DNA of 63,994 nucleotides, filler included, from Bonamia ostreae (Eukaryota): NCBI GenBank assembly GCA_040357525.1. It is 17 parts of 17 records of this genome, joined end to end, with 100 filler letters (N's around TTAATTAATTAA, not from the genome) between each part and the next. Parts side by side here need not be neighbours in the genome. Positions count along the whole stretch, not along the records: positions 22,774 to 26,457 come from JBDODL010000450.1; positions 26,558 to 30,237 come from JBDODL010000451.1; positions 30,338 to 34,012 come from JBDODL010000452.1; positions 34,113 to 37,786 come from JBDODL010000453.1; 13 more parts are not named here. One strand, 5' to 3'. Shown piece by piece: positions 23,706 to 36,979 of this stretch (position 1 is its first letter; each line of letters starts with the position of its first letter). The notes under the pieces were generated by a model. It saw only the letters and a program-made list of their open reading frames with translations, ran no database searches and was not told where the DNA came from. The position numbers and the translations under genes were made by a program.

Positions 23706-24097
23706 ATGAACGCTGTCGTTGCAATAATCTTTTTAACAATTTTTAATCTTCAAGTTTGCGACGATTCAGATACTTGTAAAACTTTAAAAACGATGAATAT
23801 TGTTTAATTATAAATTGCAAAATATTTTACAAACAGAAAGACAAAAAAATATTTTACAAAAACTACAACAAATATGAATGTGTAACAAGAGACAAATATC
23901 CCTTCAAAAAAAGATATGAAGATTTTTGGTGTCTATTGATGAACGAAAACGGTAAAATTTCTATTAACGAAACTGTTTTTTTGTGTAAATTTGGAATTGA
24001 GAACTATTTGACGTTATTTACATTTTTTTATGTTTTCATTCTTATTTTTGTGTTTCCAGTCTTTCTTGTTTGCATTCGGAATGTTTTTAAATTTTAA
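23706..24097 (+). CDS. Small type-I membrane protein B, paralogue of A; intron 23802-23836 (absent from ORF track)
   Basis: Manual translation MNAVVAIIFLTIF../..ECVTRDKYPFKKR..WC..LCKFGIEN..TM..VCIRNVFKF*; phase-0 GTTTAA..CAG intron restores frame. Confidence 0.7.
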
Positions 24098-24691
24098 TTA
24101 AAGCCATTATTACGATTTTGAACAATTTGAATAAATTTGAGAGTTAAAAATTTATTATTTTGTCAAGGATGTTTTATCTTTCTGATATTTTTAACATCAG
24201 AAAACATAAAAAAAATGAAATGCAAAATTTTGAGACTACGAAAATTTAAAATATAAAAATTTAAAATTTATTATAACAAAATTTGGTGCAAAATCAACAT
24301 AATCACGTCTTAATATAATAATCGGTCACTTTTAATAGATTAAATACAAAATCGACTAATCTTCGAAAATAAATCGTCGCCCCCAAAATAATAAAAAAAA
24401 CAGTTTAACAAAAGTCAATTTTATAAATTAAAGAAAAACGGAAAAATCGAAAAAATAAAAAAAACTCACAAATTAATAAAATGAGCTCAGTATATGCTCA
24501 AACTTAAACTAAATTTCGAAATGGAGAAAATAAGTTTTTTCAAATTATTTAAAATAAGACGACAACATACGAATAAACGGACTTTGCGTGTACAATTATT
24601 ATTCGGACACTGAAAACAGATATTTTCTGTCCAAAATTCTAAAAATCGGCTATAAAAAACGTTTATTTTTCTAAAATAATTTTCGCGAAAA

Positions 24692-25350
24692 GTGACTATC
24701 GAGATAAAACAAGATTCGCAAATAATCGAAACAAATTGGAAACGCGTTTATTTGATTGTGCCATTTAACGACGATGTCCTTTATTCGAAAGACGACAATG
24801 TTCGATTTGTTAAAATTAAGAATGTTTTAGAGAGAAATATGCCCGTTTTTTCGTTGTGGAAAGACGAAAAAGGATTTTATAATGGCGAATTTTATTTTTC
24901 GGAACTGTTTTCTCCTTCAAACGATAAAAACAAAATTTTTATTCGTTTTGAAAATGAAGTTGACCGTTTGATCGACATAAATGCGCTCGTGTTCGACATA
25001 AAAGTTCCTGCGGTTTTAAGAGTTGTGCCCGCATTGAAATCATTTCCGTTGAAAATGTTATTATTTTATAAAATAGAATAAAGAGATCGATAAAAAACAA
25101 ACGAAAAAAAATTAAAATTGGAAATGATCGTATAAACAATAAAGAAATAGAAAAATCGGAAACCTTAAATAATGAAACTTTTAATGATATTTATAAAAAT
25201 GAAGAGTTGGCGAAAATAAGCGGAAAAATTGAATTTTTCGGATTGGAAAAAAATGCAAATTATAACGGAGATGAGTTGGTTGAACATAATTTGACGGACG
25301 GATATATTTTGCAAACAAAATATGTCAAAGATTTGAGAGTGGCGCCATTT
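24692..25350 (+). CDS. Hypothetical spliced protein, boundaries uncertain
   Basis: 129-aa ORF followed by another open exon to ~25350; no family recognised. Confidence 0.35.
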
Positions 25351-25364
25351 TTGTTAATTTGAAT

Positions 25365-25650
25365 TTTTAAAAGCGAAAAATAAATTATTAAAAACAATTT
25401 TTATAAAAGCGAAAAAATAATTTACTTTAAATCAAATTTTTAAAAGCGAAAAAATAATTTACTTTAAATCAAATTTTTAAAAGCGAAAAAATAATNNNNN
25501 NNNNNNNNNNNNNNNNNNNNNNNNNNNNNNNNNNNNNNNNNNNNNNNNNNNNNNNNNNNNNNNNNNNNNNNNNNNNNNNNNNNNNNNNNNNNNNNTTACT
25601 TTAAATCAAATTTTTAAAAGCGAAAAATAAATTATTAAAAACAATTTTAA
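25365..25650. repeat. 37-bp minisatellite
   Basis: aaaagcgaaaaaataatttactttaaatcaaattttt at period 37 (25409, 25446, 25483). Confidence 0.85.
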
Positions 25651-26639
25651 AAAACAAAACTAGTAAAAAACTTTGGAAAAAATGACAAATTTAATGTTTA
25701 AGAATTATTATTTTAGATCTGAATCAGATTCATAGCTCAAATCATAATATTGTTCCGAATATTCATCATCTCCATATTCTTATTAATAACATATCCAACT
25801 AATAAAACCTTCTGAATAATCTTTAAAACTTTTTTCTAACTTTCTCATCTTCCCCCATTTTAACAAATTTTTACTTAATAAAATGCTCAACGATAAAATT
25901 TGCACTATTTCTGCTGAAACTAACAAAACTTTGAAGTTTACATTATTAATTTTAATATTTTTGAAGTGGTTAAGCGCACAAAACTATACGCTGTTAACAC
26001 CATTCTTATCGATTTTTTCAAGTTTCCGTTATGAATACTTGCACAAAAATCAGAAATTCGATGTTTGGATATTTTGCAAATTCCAGATGGCAACAAATTT
26101 ATAACATTCTTTATTTCAAATTGTAAAAACATCTTTTTCCGTATTATTGGATATACAAAACAATACATTTGTTTGTAATTGGTTTCTCTTTAAATGTTTG
26201 TAAAGTCAGAAAATATAACGCTGTAAATAAATATTACAAAATCACAAATTGGAAAAAAATTATTACAAAATGAATTTAATAGTTCGAAAAAAATGAAACC
26301 AATTTTAAATAAGAAATTTCGTTATTTTGATAAGACTGACATTTAAAAGTTAAAATAACGCGAAAAAGATTATTTATTTTGAAAAAAGAGCAAAAAGTAA
26401 CAATAACCAAAATGAATCCAATAATAGTAATGACGAACAGTACAAAATCAAGCAGTANNNNNNNNNNNNNNNNNNNNNNNNNNNNNNNNNNNNNNNNNNN
26501 NTTAATTAATTAANNNNNNNNNNNNNNNNNNNNNNNNNNNNNNNNNNNNNNNNNNNNATTGATATCGATTATCGTCTTCCAAATTAATTTGTAGAAATTT
26601 TTAAAAAGTATTGAAAATTATTTTCATTTTATAACGAAA

Positions 26640-27110
26640 ATTAAAAAGTATCGAGAAATTTAAAAAGAAAACATGTATTTTCATAAGTATTGAAACAAAT
26701 AACGTTAAAGTATTTGATAGAGATAAAATTTGTAATGTCATTGTAAATTATTTCTCGAGTATACCAAAAAATATTGAAAATGTCGAAACAAAATCTACTC
26801 AGCAAAATAAAAAATTTTAATAAAAATCTTTTAAATATGGCCTTCCGCAAGGAAGTCCTCTGTCTCCTTTGTTTTAACATCTACATGAACTCTGTTTTGG
26901 AGCCTTTAAACCAAGACGTCAAAATAAAGGCTTTCGCTGATGACTTATTCCAGCGATAGCAATGTATTGAATTGACAATTCGTATTAACAAAGCCCTTAA
27001 AATACTCTGTGAACGTACAGATATCATTTTTTTCTGGAATAAAATATTTGGACAATATCTTCGATAATAGAATAAAATTTGATAGTCATTTAAATTATAT
27101 TCTGCAGAAA
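26640..27110 (+). pseudogene. Decayed LINE reverse-transcriptase fragment related to the element at 41655
   Basis: GLPQGSPLSP / LFNIYMNSVLEPLNQDVKIKAFADD and IFDNRIKFD in broken frames. Confidence 0.8.
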
Positions 27111-27611
27111 TGCAACTTTAAATTTCCGTAAAAAGCACATTAATTTATGCCAAAATAACTTTTAAAAATGTTTTATGGCAAAGGTTCAATAATTCGATGC
27201 GGGGAAAGTAAAATTCCCCAATTGATTCAAAAGGACCTCCATTTGCCCTCGAAAATTCTTAAAATTATCTTAAAAAGCAATTTTATGTTTCAATGAGAAG
27301 AAAAACATTTTAAACAACATAAATATAACCAACAACTAACAAAAGCCCAAAAAACGAGTACTCTATTTTATATACGAAAATACTAACAACGACAACTAAC
27401 TCAAACGCAAACCTTCAAAACAAACCGATCATACGACTTTTCTTATACGAACTTTACATAAAAATACGTTACGCTATTAAAAGCTTTACATTAATAGACA
27501 ATTCACAATATAACTTTTGTTATATTTTCTGATATATTAAGCTATATAAAGCTGCTTTAATTAAAATTCAATTAACGTTTTCGCATAAATCTTTATTCAA
27601 TATATTCTACA

Positions 27612-28279
27612 ATGTCTCAAAATTCTGTTCTTCAAATTCCAGGTTTTTACATGCACCGCAAACCTCAGATCGCAAAACTGACTCTAATCCAGTTTCGATA
27701 AAACCTTCCGAGCACCCCGACACCGAGTTCCATGCAAACAACACCGTAGCACCAGGAAACGTCCCCCTGCAAAAAGTGAGAGGGAGATGCAAATGGTTCA
27801 ACCCCGAAAAGGGGTTCGGCTTCATCGTCCCTTATTCGGGCGGCAAAGACATTTTCATCCACCAGTCCGAGATCGTCGCGGAAAAGAACAGATTGCGTTC
27901 GCTGGAAAACGGCGAGGAAGTCGAGTTTACGTTCTACACGAATGACCGAAACAAGCGTCGTGCCAGGGACGTGAGAATGCCGGGCGGGAAACCGGTCAGA
28001 GGAAAGCCGCGCAAATATTTATTAGAACTCCAAAACGAGAAAATGGAATTAGAAGAAAAAGAAGGCGGCGCAGAAGACAAATACAATATCTATCCTCAGG
28101 TGCAACAACAAGTGCCACAGAACTTGATCGAGTACCAAGTCAATGGCATTACGTACCATCCCGCAGTTGAAGAGGTGAGTGATTATATGGTGCTGTACGC
28201 GACTTTGTGGGACAACGCGAATCAGCCGCTTTGTGATATTTGGAAGTTCAATGACGAGTTCTTCGTGCTGGGATCTTGA
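27612..28279 (+). CDS. Cold-shock domain protein; 26-nt intron 27643-27668
   Basis: GRCKWFNPEKGFGFI, DIFIHQSEI, RSLENGEEVEF; intron links upstream ATG 27612 in frame. Confidence 0.9.
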
Positions 28280-28855
28280 AGGAGCCATTTTTAAATTACT
28301 AAGTCCCTTTTCGCCATTTTGAGCTTTTTCGTCTTTTCGTTATATTGGTTTTGTTTAAATGCGCGATTTTTTGCAATTTTCGTTTTTTGCTATTTGCAAA
28401 ATGTTGTTTTTTACAGATTTTGCAAAATGTTGTTTTTTTACAGATTTTGCAAAATGTTGTTTTTTACAGATTTTGGGTTTTCAACTGTTTTTTGTGTTTT
28501 AGTGGTTTGGATCCCGTTCCTTCTTTTTTATAAAATTTTGATTCGAGATTCTCTTTTTGGACTTTGCGCAATAAGAATTTTCAGAGATTTTATTCAAGAA
28601 GACAAAAAAATATTTTATTCTTAATAACAAATATAATATCGTCTGCACAAACAAAAAGTTTTATTTTGTGGCCGCAGATCTATTTAAAAAATTATCTCTG
28701 GAAAGAGCCCAAACGACTAAAGTCATTTAAGCGATTTTTCTGCCATAAAAGTAAAAAAAATCATTTAAACAATACCTTTGCACAAACCAACAAAATTGGA
28801 TGATTTGATCCACAATTCGATAATCTGTTTATTATCAATTAGTCTCCCATCACAA

Positions 28856-29988
28856 ATGACGAAGCAAAAAGCTTTGAAAGAAATCAGTACGAAATCCAAG
28901 TTGAAGGCCCAAAAATTGGCAAACGAGAGGCACTTGAAATGGCTGGAAATGATTTTTGGCAAAAAATCTATTCGCTCTAAGGCAAACACCAATGTCGAAA
29001 CGATTGAATGCGACGAGTTCGCTCTTATCCGTCAGGAATCCGATCCCAAAAAATTTTGTCACAAAAAAATGCGATCTAGAATACGCAAAGGAATACCTTC
29101 CCAATTTCGACGTGTGATCTGGCAACATTTATCTGGCTCTTTCATTACTAAACTCGACAACCCCGATTTGTACGGGAAAATAATCGCCAGCAAAAAAATG
29201 TCTCCCGTGATATTTCAAATAGAAAAAGACATTAACCGCACTTACCAAAGCGGGAGTTTCAGTCGTGAATACGAAGATCGATTTAGCAAAAGCATTTTTA
29301 ACGTGCTCAACGCGTTCTCTCTTTATTGCTCAGAGATCGGTTACTGCCAAGGGATGAATAACATTTGCGCTTTATTGTTGAATATTATGACCGAAGAAGA
29401 CGCTTTTTGGATGCTCGTCTCCCTTGCAGATAATCCACTTTATTCCATGCGTGGTTGCTGGAAAGAAAATATGCCATCGACGAAATTACGATTTTATCAA
29501 CTCGTTCGAATTCTAGCGTTTACAATATTTTAGTTGTCAAGAATTAATTTTGAAAATTTTATTCAAAACTTTCTATTGTGTAGATTTGGCGAATATAATT
29601 TTCATAAAAATAAAGAAATGATCAAAGAAAACTGTATAAGCATTTCAAAAAGAACGATTTCTTGGATCCTGTTATTTATGGCGGCGCTTCTTTTTTTATA
29701 GAAATATTCATATCAAACAACTTGCGAAAAGAAACTCTGCTAAGAATATGGGACGTGTATCTGTCGGAAGGATATAAATGGATATTTCGAGTGGTACTGG
29801 GGATATTCAGACATTACACAAAAAACTTAATTAAAAGTGATATGGACGGAATGAAGCGATTTATAGATGACAAATTAAAGGAAATCAGCCCAGACGAAAT
29901 CATAAAGTTGGCCACAAAAATATTTTTACCAAATCGCAATTTGTTAAAACTAGAGAAAAATTTCAAATTGTTGAAAGAAAAAGATTAA
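28856..29988 (+). CDS. TBC-domain Rab-GAP; intron ~29518-29615
   Basis: RIRKGIP, QIEKDINRT, IGYCQGMN, LRIWDVYLSEG; splice gives FYQLVRILANDQRKLYKHF. Confidence 0.9.
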
Positions 29989-30337
29989 ATATATTTTTAC
30001 AAATTGCAATTTTTCCCAAAATTTTTGTTAATAAAGATTTTTTAGTCAATAAAGATTAATCACTTTCTATTTTTGTGGGAATGTCAACGCTTTGTTGTCG
30101 AAGATATGTCGTCTGCCCATTTTATCCATTTCTAGATACGAGGTAGTGGACGTTGTTATAATTTGGTGAGAACGAGTGATTCAAGTCTCTCCACGGTAGA
30201 TTGCAGGGTGTGGTGCGGGGACGGGGTTCGTTGGGTGNNNNNNNNNNNNNNNNNNNNNNNNNNNNNNNNNNNNNNNNNNNNTTAATTAATTAANNNNNNN
30301 NNNNNNNNNNNNNNNNNNNNNNNNNNNNNNNNNNNNN

Positions 30338-33300
30338 AATAAATGAAATTTTATCAAATCATAATCGATTTGTATTTCATCCGCAGTCAATAGCTTGAAG
30401 AATAAAACTTACATCTCCCAGTCCTCAATTGTCAACTTTTTGACAGCTTCTTTCAAACTGCAATGACCGACGTCGCCAATACCCCACCATTCACCATTCG
30501 TTGCGTCGTGGTTGTATGAATCCGGCAACATTTGAAAAGGCACACTTTTGTGTGATACAAAGTGCAAAAATGGTATACACAATAACCATGTTGGGTTACT
30601 GGTGTTTATGCAGGAAAGTTTTCTCATCAAATTTTCGCCAAAACGTCTGGAATTTTAAAATATACCAAAATTCATGGATTTTTCAAATTTAATACAGCAA
30701 ACCGTTCCTAATGACTATATTTGGATATAAACACATTGTTTAAACATGTATATATACATGTACACGTAGGGATTCCAGTCAATAAACTTGTAAAAGCACT
30801 ATAAATATAAATAGTGGCGACCAAAAAGGTCATAAAGCAATGCAACATGCAATATTTATAAGTTACATGTAAGCTGCCGCATCACCAAAGAATTACAAGA
30901 CATCTAAACAATAAAGTAAAAGAAAAAGGAATTTCAAAAACAACAATTAAAAAGACAAAGTGTCCATGAATTAGAGATGTGCAAAACAAGTAGCCTGTGT
31001 TATGAGTCGGGGCAATAAAAAATGATATATGTGTAACTAGGTCAAAATACTGAATTTGAAAAAATACTAAACAAGTAACCAAAACTTACATAGACTAAAG
31101 AACAAGTAATACACTGATTGTTTTATAAATGGAAGGAACACATCTCTATGTATTTAAGCAGCAGCCAACTACTGGCCTGTTTTGGATTATAAGAATAATG
31201 TCACAATTCCTACGGTAAAGGAAATATTCAGTAGCAGCCAATTAGTGACCAGTTCAAATTAATTATCTCAAGCTTAAAATTTCAAGTAAATTTGTATTTG
31301 ATAAGGATAATATACTACAATANNNNNNNNNNAAATATAATGTAAAAGACACCAAAAGCAGCAGTCAAATACTAGCCTGCTCAGAGTAGCTGGCTCCGTA
31401 GCTATTCAGGTGCAATGGAAAAAGAATTAATGCGAATGTAACGTTTGATACTTTTGACCATGCTGTTTATGTAGTTTTTAAAATACCCTAATTATGCCGC
31501 TCCTATTGCAGAACCAATCCGAAAACTATGGCCCTTCTAGTGGTATGGACTAAGATCCCAGAGTTGATTCTATTGCTGCACTACAGATGCTTGTGGAACA
31601 TATTTAGCACAGATATAGGCCTATACGTGAAACAATGTAGGTCATAACACATGACAAAGCCTAGGCATCAAGGTAAAAAGGGAGCTCGAGATGTAATGAA
31701 AAGTACTGGTATACATCTGCAAAGCTTCAACAGGGTAGATAACCACATTTCTACTTGTAGACAACAATATAGTAATTGGTTGATTGTTTTTCATGTCTGT
31801 TTTGTTTTTGTATTTGTACTCCTGCGACTGGTATAAAACCAATGCCCCTCTTTTGAATTACTTTATGTCAAACAAAATGTTATTTAGGGAAACCAATTCA
31901 CCAAGTTTTAAAATCCATGAAATAATAGAGTGAAAAGTATACAGCTCTCTACAACAATCGTATATCGATATGGATTTAATGATAAGTGTCTGCTGAAGTT
32001 TGGAAATTTTGAGCACCTCTTAGAATTTTGCGGACTATGGCATGAGGAGCAGGTATATTGCAGTATATACGGCATGGACATAACTGCTTGCAGAGGTATG
32101 TGAAAAAATTGTGCATGGTCTGAAATTCTGTGTATGTAAATAAACTACAAATTTGTAAATGAGAGGCAAGGAACAAGTACAGCTAAATGGTCATGGTATG
32201 GGAAAATTACAGAGCTCCATAATAATGTCCAAGATCGTAAATAAGTTTTTCTTCTTAAAGGAGACAGAACTTCGCAGATTTTCTGAGTCAGGGGAGTTAA
32301 ATATAAAACAAATGAGAAGACAGAAGTGTTTGTTGCAGATCCAAATAAAGGACCAAGGTTCTTACTTCATGAAATTGAAAGCGTGACAAGCAACAATACA
32401 ATTGGGCTTACCACGCATGTGTTTAGCTTTAAAGAAGATAATGTAAGTCAAAACAGCAATGACTAACTGCAAGATTTTTTTTTCTTTGCTTCATTGCTTA
32501 TTTATTATTTCAACAAAACCCATATTATCTGAGAAGAAAAGAATCTCATAGCATTTTAATTCGTGACCCCAAAATTTGAGAGCAAGGACAATAGGAAATA
32601 GTTCTTTTACATATATGGTAAGACTTTATTATTTGCAGAACACTTGGATCCTAAAACAGCAGCATAGGCAAGGAAACCCGAGGCATCACTATACATTTTC
32701 AACTTGAATGCAGAAACCCACTGATCGTGTAAAAGTGTCTTTCTCATTGAAATGTTCCATGAAAATCTGACAACCTGTAATATCACTCCTACCCTCAGTT
32801 GTGAGCTTATTGCGATGTTGTGGTTTGCCTACATGGCAAGTAGGGTCAATGAGCCGTCTTAAAAGGGCAAGACCTGGAGTAACAACTAGGCATGCAAAGT
32901 TCAAGATGCCAGTAAGAGACTGGAAATCAGTTTTCATTATTAATTGGACAACATTCTGATATGATTCAGAAGTAAAACATTTGACAGAATTGCGTTTTGA
33001 GAAAGATACATATGGGTTATGTATAATAGGGGAATGTTTTGGGCCCGAGACCTAATAAGGAACAAACATAATCAGGAAATGGCGTATAAGAAAGAGGTTT
33101 AGAAATACACCATAACTTGAGCTCTTTGATTAATTTGACATCAACTGTGTTTTTTTTTAAAGAGAGTTATGATTCCTATGAACTTAATGGGTAGATTGAC
33201 CAACACAATCCAGTTTAAAATGAAATTGTAAAACCAGCTACACGATATCTAATCCAAAACGGATCATAATCAGCTAGTACTTAGGCCTTGTTTGTTGTAT

Positions 33301-34012
33301 ACGTTTGTTTGAATGTTCGCAGTTAAACTGAATGCTTTTTGGTACACTTAATTCAAGGGCTTCATTCCCCACAAAATAGATAGGCTTTACATTTTGTGCC
33401 ATTGTTGAAGTCGATACAGACATTGCGGTAATTCTCAAAAGATTGGGCACGAACATTGGACCTAAAGGGCTGCTTTCTTCTGATGCATTGTACAAGCCAA
33501 AACCAGTAGCTCAGATAAGTTTCTCTGCCATGGAAGTTTGTTTGACGGACACAATCTCCGGAATTTTCCTAATGACACCAAGCAGCGTCTTCATGGCTTG
33601 TGACAATTTCTCTCATAACTGACCCATATTTCAACAATTGAGGGGCGTCAAGGTTTTTTAAAAGTAGATGGTAATAAATTGGGGAAAAGCAATAATCCAT
33701 TGATAAATAGATAGGTAAGTAAGGATTTTGGAGACAAGAGGATTTGAAAAAAAAAAAAAAGAATTTTGGTCAATTTGGATGGATACAGTTTGTTCCTTGT
33801 GATTAAACAAGAGATATAATCCATTTTCGTATATTCTTTATAAACCGCACTTATGAAGTTTCCATCGTAAACAACATGAATAAGTATGGGGTTAACCTTG
33901 AAAGAAGGCAAGAACGACTGGCATTGTTGCGTATTCTAATAGAAATGGATGCTGCAACCCTGACCTCTTTTTTCCTCAAATCGCACAAAGATTTGAGCTT
34001 CGCAATGCATGG
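30338..34012. other. Probable host (metazoan, likely bivalve) contig
   Basis: No intact genes; lacks the long A/T runs of flanking contigs; acatgta motifs; DIRS-type relic. Confidence 0.65.
32689..32937 (-). mobile_element. DIRS-like retrotransposon RT/RNase H relic
   Basis: FQSLTGILNFACLVVTPGLALLRRLID..SDI..FMEHFN matches the DIRS RT-RNase H connector motif by recall. Confidence 0.7.
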
Positions 34013-34146
34013 NNNNNNNNNNNNNNNNNNNNNNNNNNNNNNNNNNNNNNNNNNNNTTAATTAATTAANNNNNNNNNNNNNNNNNNNNNNNNNNNNNNNN
34101 NNNNNNNNNNNNCCAAAAAACGAAATGTTAAAACATTTATTAACGA

Positions 34147-35196
34147 TCAAAATATTGAACAGCAAACCGACTTTTCTGCAACTTCAACTTTCGGATTGCT
34201 TTTACTTTTCAATGCGGCAATTATCGAAGAATCAAAGAGATACTTGACATTGTCCAAATTAATCGCTGAAGTTTCTATATAACTAACCGCGCCAATTTTT
34301 TTCGCCAGTTCTTCTCCTTTCGAGTAATCAATGACTTCTATCTTGTTTCCGTCTTTGGTATAAGGATTATTTCGGAGATCAGATTTGGTGCCAACCAAAA
34401 TGAATGGCGTGTTGGGATTATGTTTTTTGATTTCGAGATACCATTTTTGTTCTATGTTCAAGAAGGAGTTGTATCCACCGATATCAAAGCACAACAGAAA
34501 AACTTTTGAATTTTTGTTAATTTTGTTCTATTTTTTTTAATATTTTTTTGAACTTTTTTGGCAATTTTTTTCTAAATTTTCTTTAATTTTTTTCAAAATT
34601 TTTTTGAACTTTTTTGTCGATTTTTTTTTAACTTTTTTGGCAATTTTTTTTTAATATTTTTTCTAAATTTTCTTTGAACTTTTTTGGCAATTTTTTTAAT
34701 AATTTTTTGAACTTTTTTGCAATTTTTTTTGCAAATTTTGTTCTAAAAATTTTTTTGACAAATATTTTTTGTAATTTTGTTCCAAAAATTTTTATGACAG
34801 TAATTTTTTTGAAAATTTTTATAAAATTAAAACTGTCTGTTTGAGTATACGATAACGGTCTCAAAATGTCATAATCATCTTGACCAGCCGTATCCTTTAA
34901 AAATGTTTAAAAAAATGAGTTTTGTGTAAAAAAATTTGAAAATTTTTGTATTCGCTGTTATGGCCTTTTTGACGATTTGACCATTTTTCGGAATAAAAAC
35001 GAGAAGATTTAGGTCAATGACTTTTTTCTGACACATGACATTGGTCGAATAGTTGTCAAACACTGTCGGGACATATTCTTCCGGAAACTTATTATTCGAA
35101 TAACTGTGCAATAAACAAGTTTTTCCGACTGCCCCGCTTTCTATAAAATAAATAAAACTCTCCAACCACAACACATTTAACCGATTCCTCAGCCAT
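34147..35196 (-). CDS. Rho-family (Rac/Cdc42-like) small GTPase; introns 35137-35158, 34895-35000, 34503-34833
   Basis: [47 protein letters not shown]-like CCSIF. Confidence 0.92.
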
Positions 35197-35635
35197 TTTG
35201 TTAAGAGTTTGTAATGTAATTTATCTAATAATTTTTTATGGTAAATATTAAACTCGTTTATTTATGTTAATAACAGTATTATTAGCGGAAACAATATAAT
35301 TGCAAGTTTAGCTTTTTATCACTTGAAAATGAGATTTAGTTATTATAAAATCTTTATTTTTTTCAAGACGCTCGAATATTTAGTTATTACAATTTTCTAA
35401 ATTTTTTATTAAACGAATCGACATTATTTCGATGGTTGTCTTTCTGAAAGGAAATTTCGATACTCCCGAAAACAGCTTTAATTATCAATACAGCGGAAAG
35501 TCGGAAAATCGAATAGAAAAAATAATAAGAATGGTCGAAAATGCCAAAAAGTCCAATAACGATTTTTTGACACCTTTGGTTGAGAAAGAAGCGCAAAATA
35601 AATAATTTTTGTAAATGAAATTTAATTGATAACAT

Positions 35636-36729
35636 TTAATCTCTTTTTCGATTTTCTCTGTAATTGAAAAAACATTTTCTGCAACAAAAACACACTTTTT
35701 CCCTCATAAAGTCGTCTATTGCATAAAAATTTTCCTCTGGCAGTTCTATGTTACAGCACACAGTACTCACACAAAAACAAACAAGAAAACAAACCAATAT
35801 TGCTAAAAATATTTTCAACGCAATTGATTTGTTTTCCGATGAAAATTTCATAAAGTGAAACATCGATACTTTAATTTTCGTAATTAAATAATAATTTTTG
35901 CATTTTGGTCGAATGAACTGATAATAAAAATAATTTTTGCATTTTGATCGAATGAACTGATAATAAAAATAATTTTTGCATTTTGATCGAATGAACTGAT
36001 AATAAAAATAATTTTTGCATTTTGATCGAATGAACTTAAAAAATTTTAAAATTTGACCAAATTAAAAAAAACCTGAAATTTTGTTTTCCAAATAGTACTT
36101 ACACTTTTCTTCAAAATCGGCGCAATTGGTTTCATTCAATTTGGTGTTACAAGTACATCCTCTGTACAAATCATATTTCGGATCCGACAAATGGTTACAA
36201 TGAGCATCACAGGTATTCCTTTTCCCTTTCAATTCGTTTGGCCAATGCTTCGAGACTAACTTTGTAAGAAAAAAAACAGCCCGGCCACGAATACCCGATT
36301 TCGTTGAAATCAGTTATATCGCAATCCATCTTCATTTCGATTCCTTTTCTTGGCTGATAATGGGGCAACAAATAACAAAAATAGGGCTTTTTAAGTTTCC
36401 ATCCCGTGTTTTTGGTTACCGGGCAATAAATGTAACTGTTTTTGTTCAAATTGAATCCCATGATCAAGTTTTGGTGGTAGCCAGGTGGTTTCGAGCAAAC
36501 CTTTTTAACGTCGGTGTGGTCGATTCCGTACAAACGGAAACGGCACGAATGTCTGTTGGTTTTTTTGTCATAAGAATATGTGCCAGCTGCGCTACAGACA
36601 TTGATATCTAATTTTGTTTAATTAGAGAGCTGAAATTTTCACAATCATTTTTAAACCTGGTTCTGGATAAGTAAAAGAATCTTCTGAGCAGACAACCATT
36701 ATCAATAAATATAAATATTTGAAAGCCAT
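35636..36729 (-). CDS. Cys-rich single-pass surface protein (multi-exon; 3' end uncertain)
   Basis: Signal-like MAFKYLYLLIMVVC; Cys-rich exons joined by GTT introns (e.g. 36256-36277); TM IFLAILVCFLVCFCVSTVCC. Confidence 0.6.
35891..36036. repeat. 39-bp intronic minisatellite, about 3.7 copies
   Basis: gaatgaact at 35911, 35950, 35989, 36028. Confidence 0.9.
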
Positions 36730-36979
36730 TGTGAGATTAAACCAAAAAAAATATTTTTTTTATAATTTTTGATATAAAACAAAGTACTCAAATTACAGTT
36801 TAATGTTATATTGATTTTGTTTACAATTAACATTTATTACATTTATTGGTCTTTGACGACTCTAAAATTTTAATTAACGACGAATAAAAATTTGCGCAAC
36901 AAATCGAAGAATAAAATTGAAGAACAACAAATGCGACTTTGGAAAAAATCGAATAAAAATATTTAAATAAGATTTATCA

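Noticed and set aside
30130-30237. G/T-rich contig tails (also 48960-49046)
   Set aside because: At contig ends with no structure; probably low-quality sequence
33274-33630. Coding-looking minus-strand stretch in the host-like contig
   Set aside because: In-frame stops and no family I can recognise
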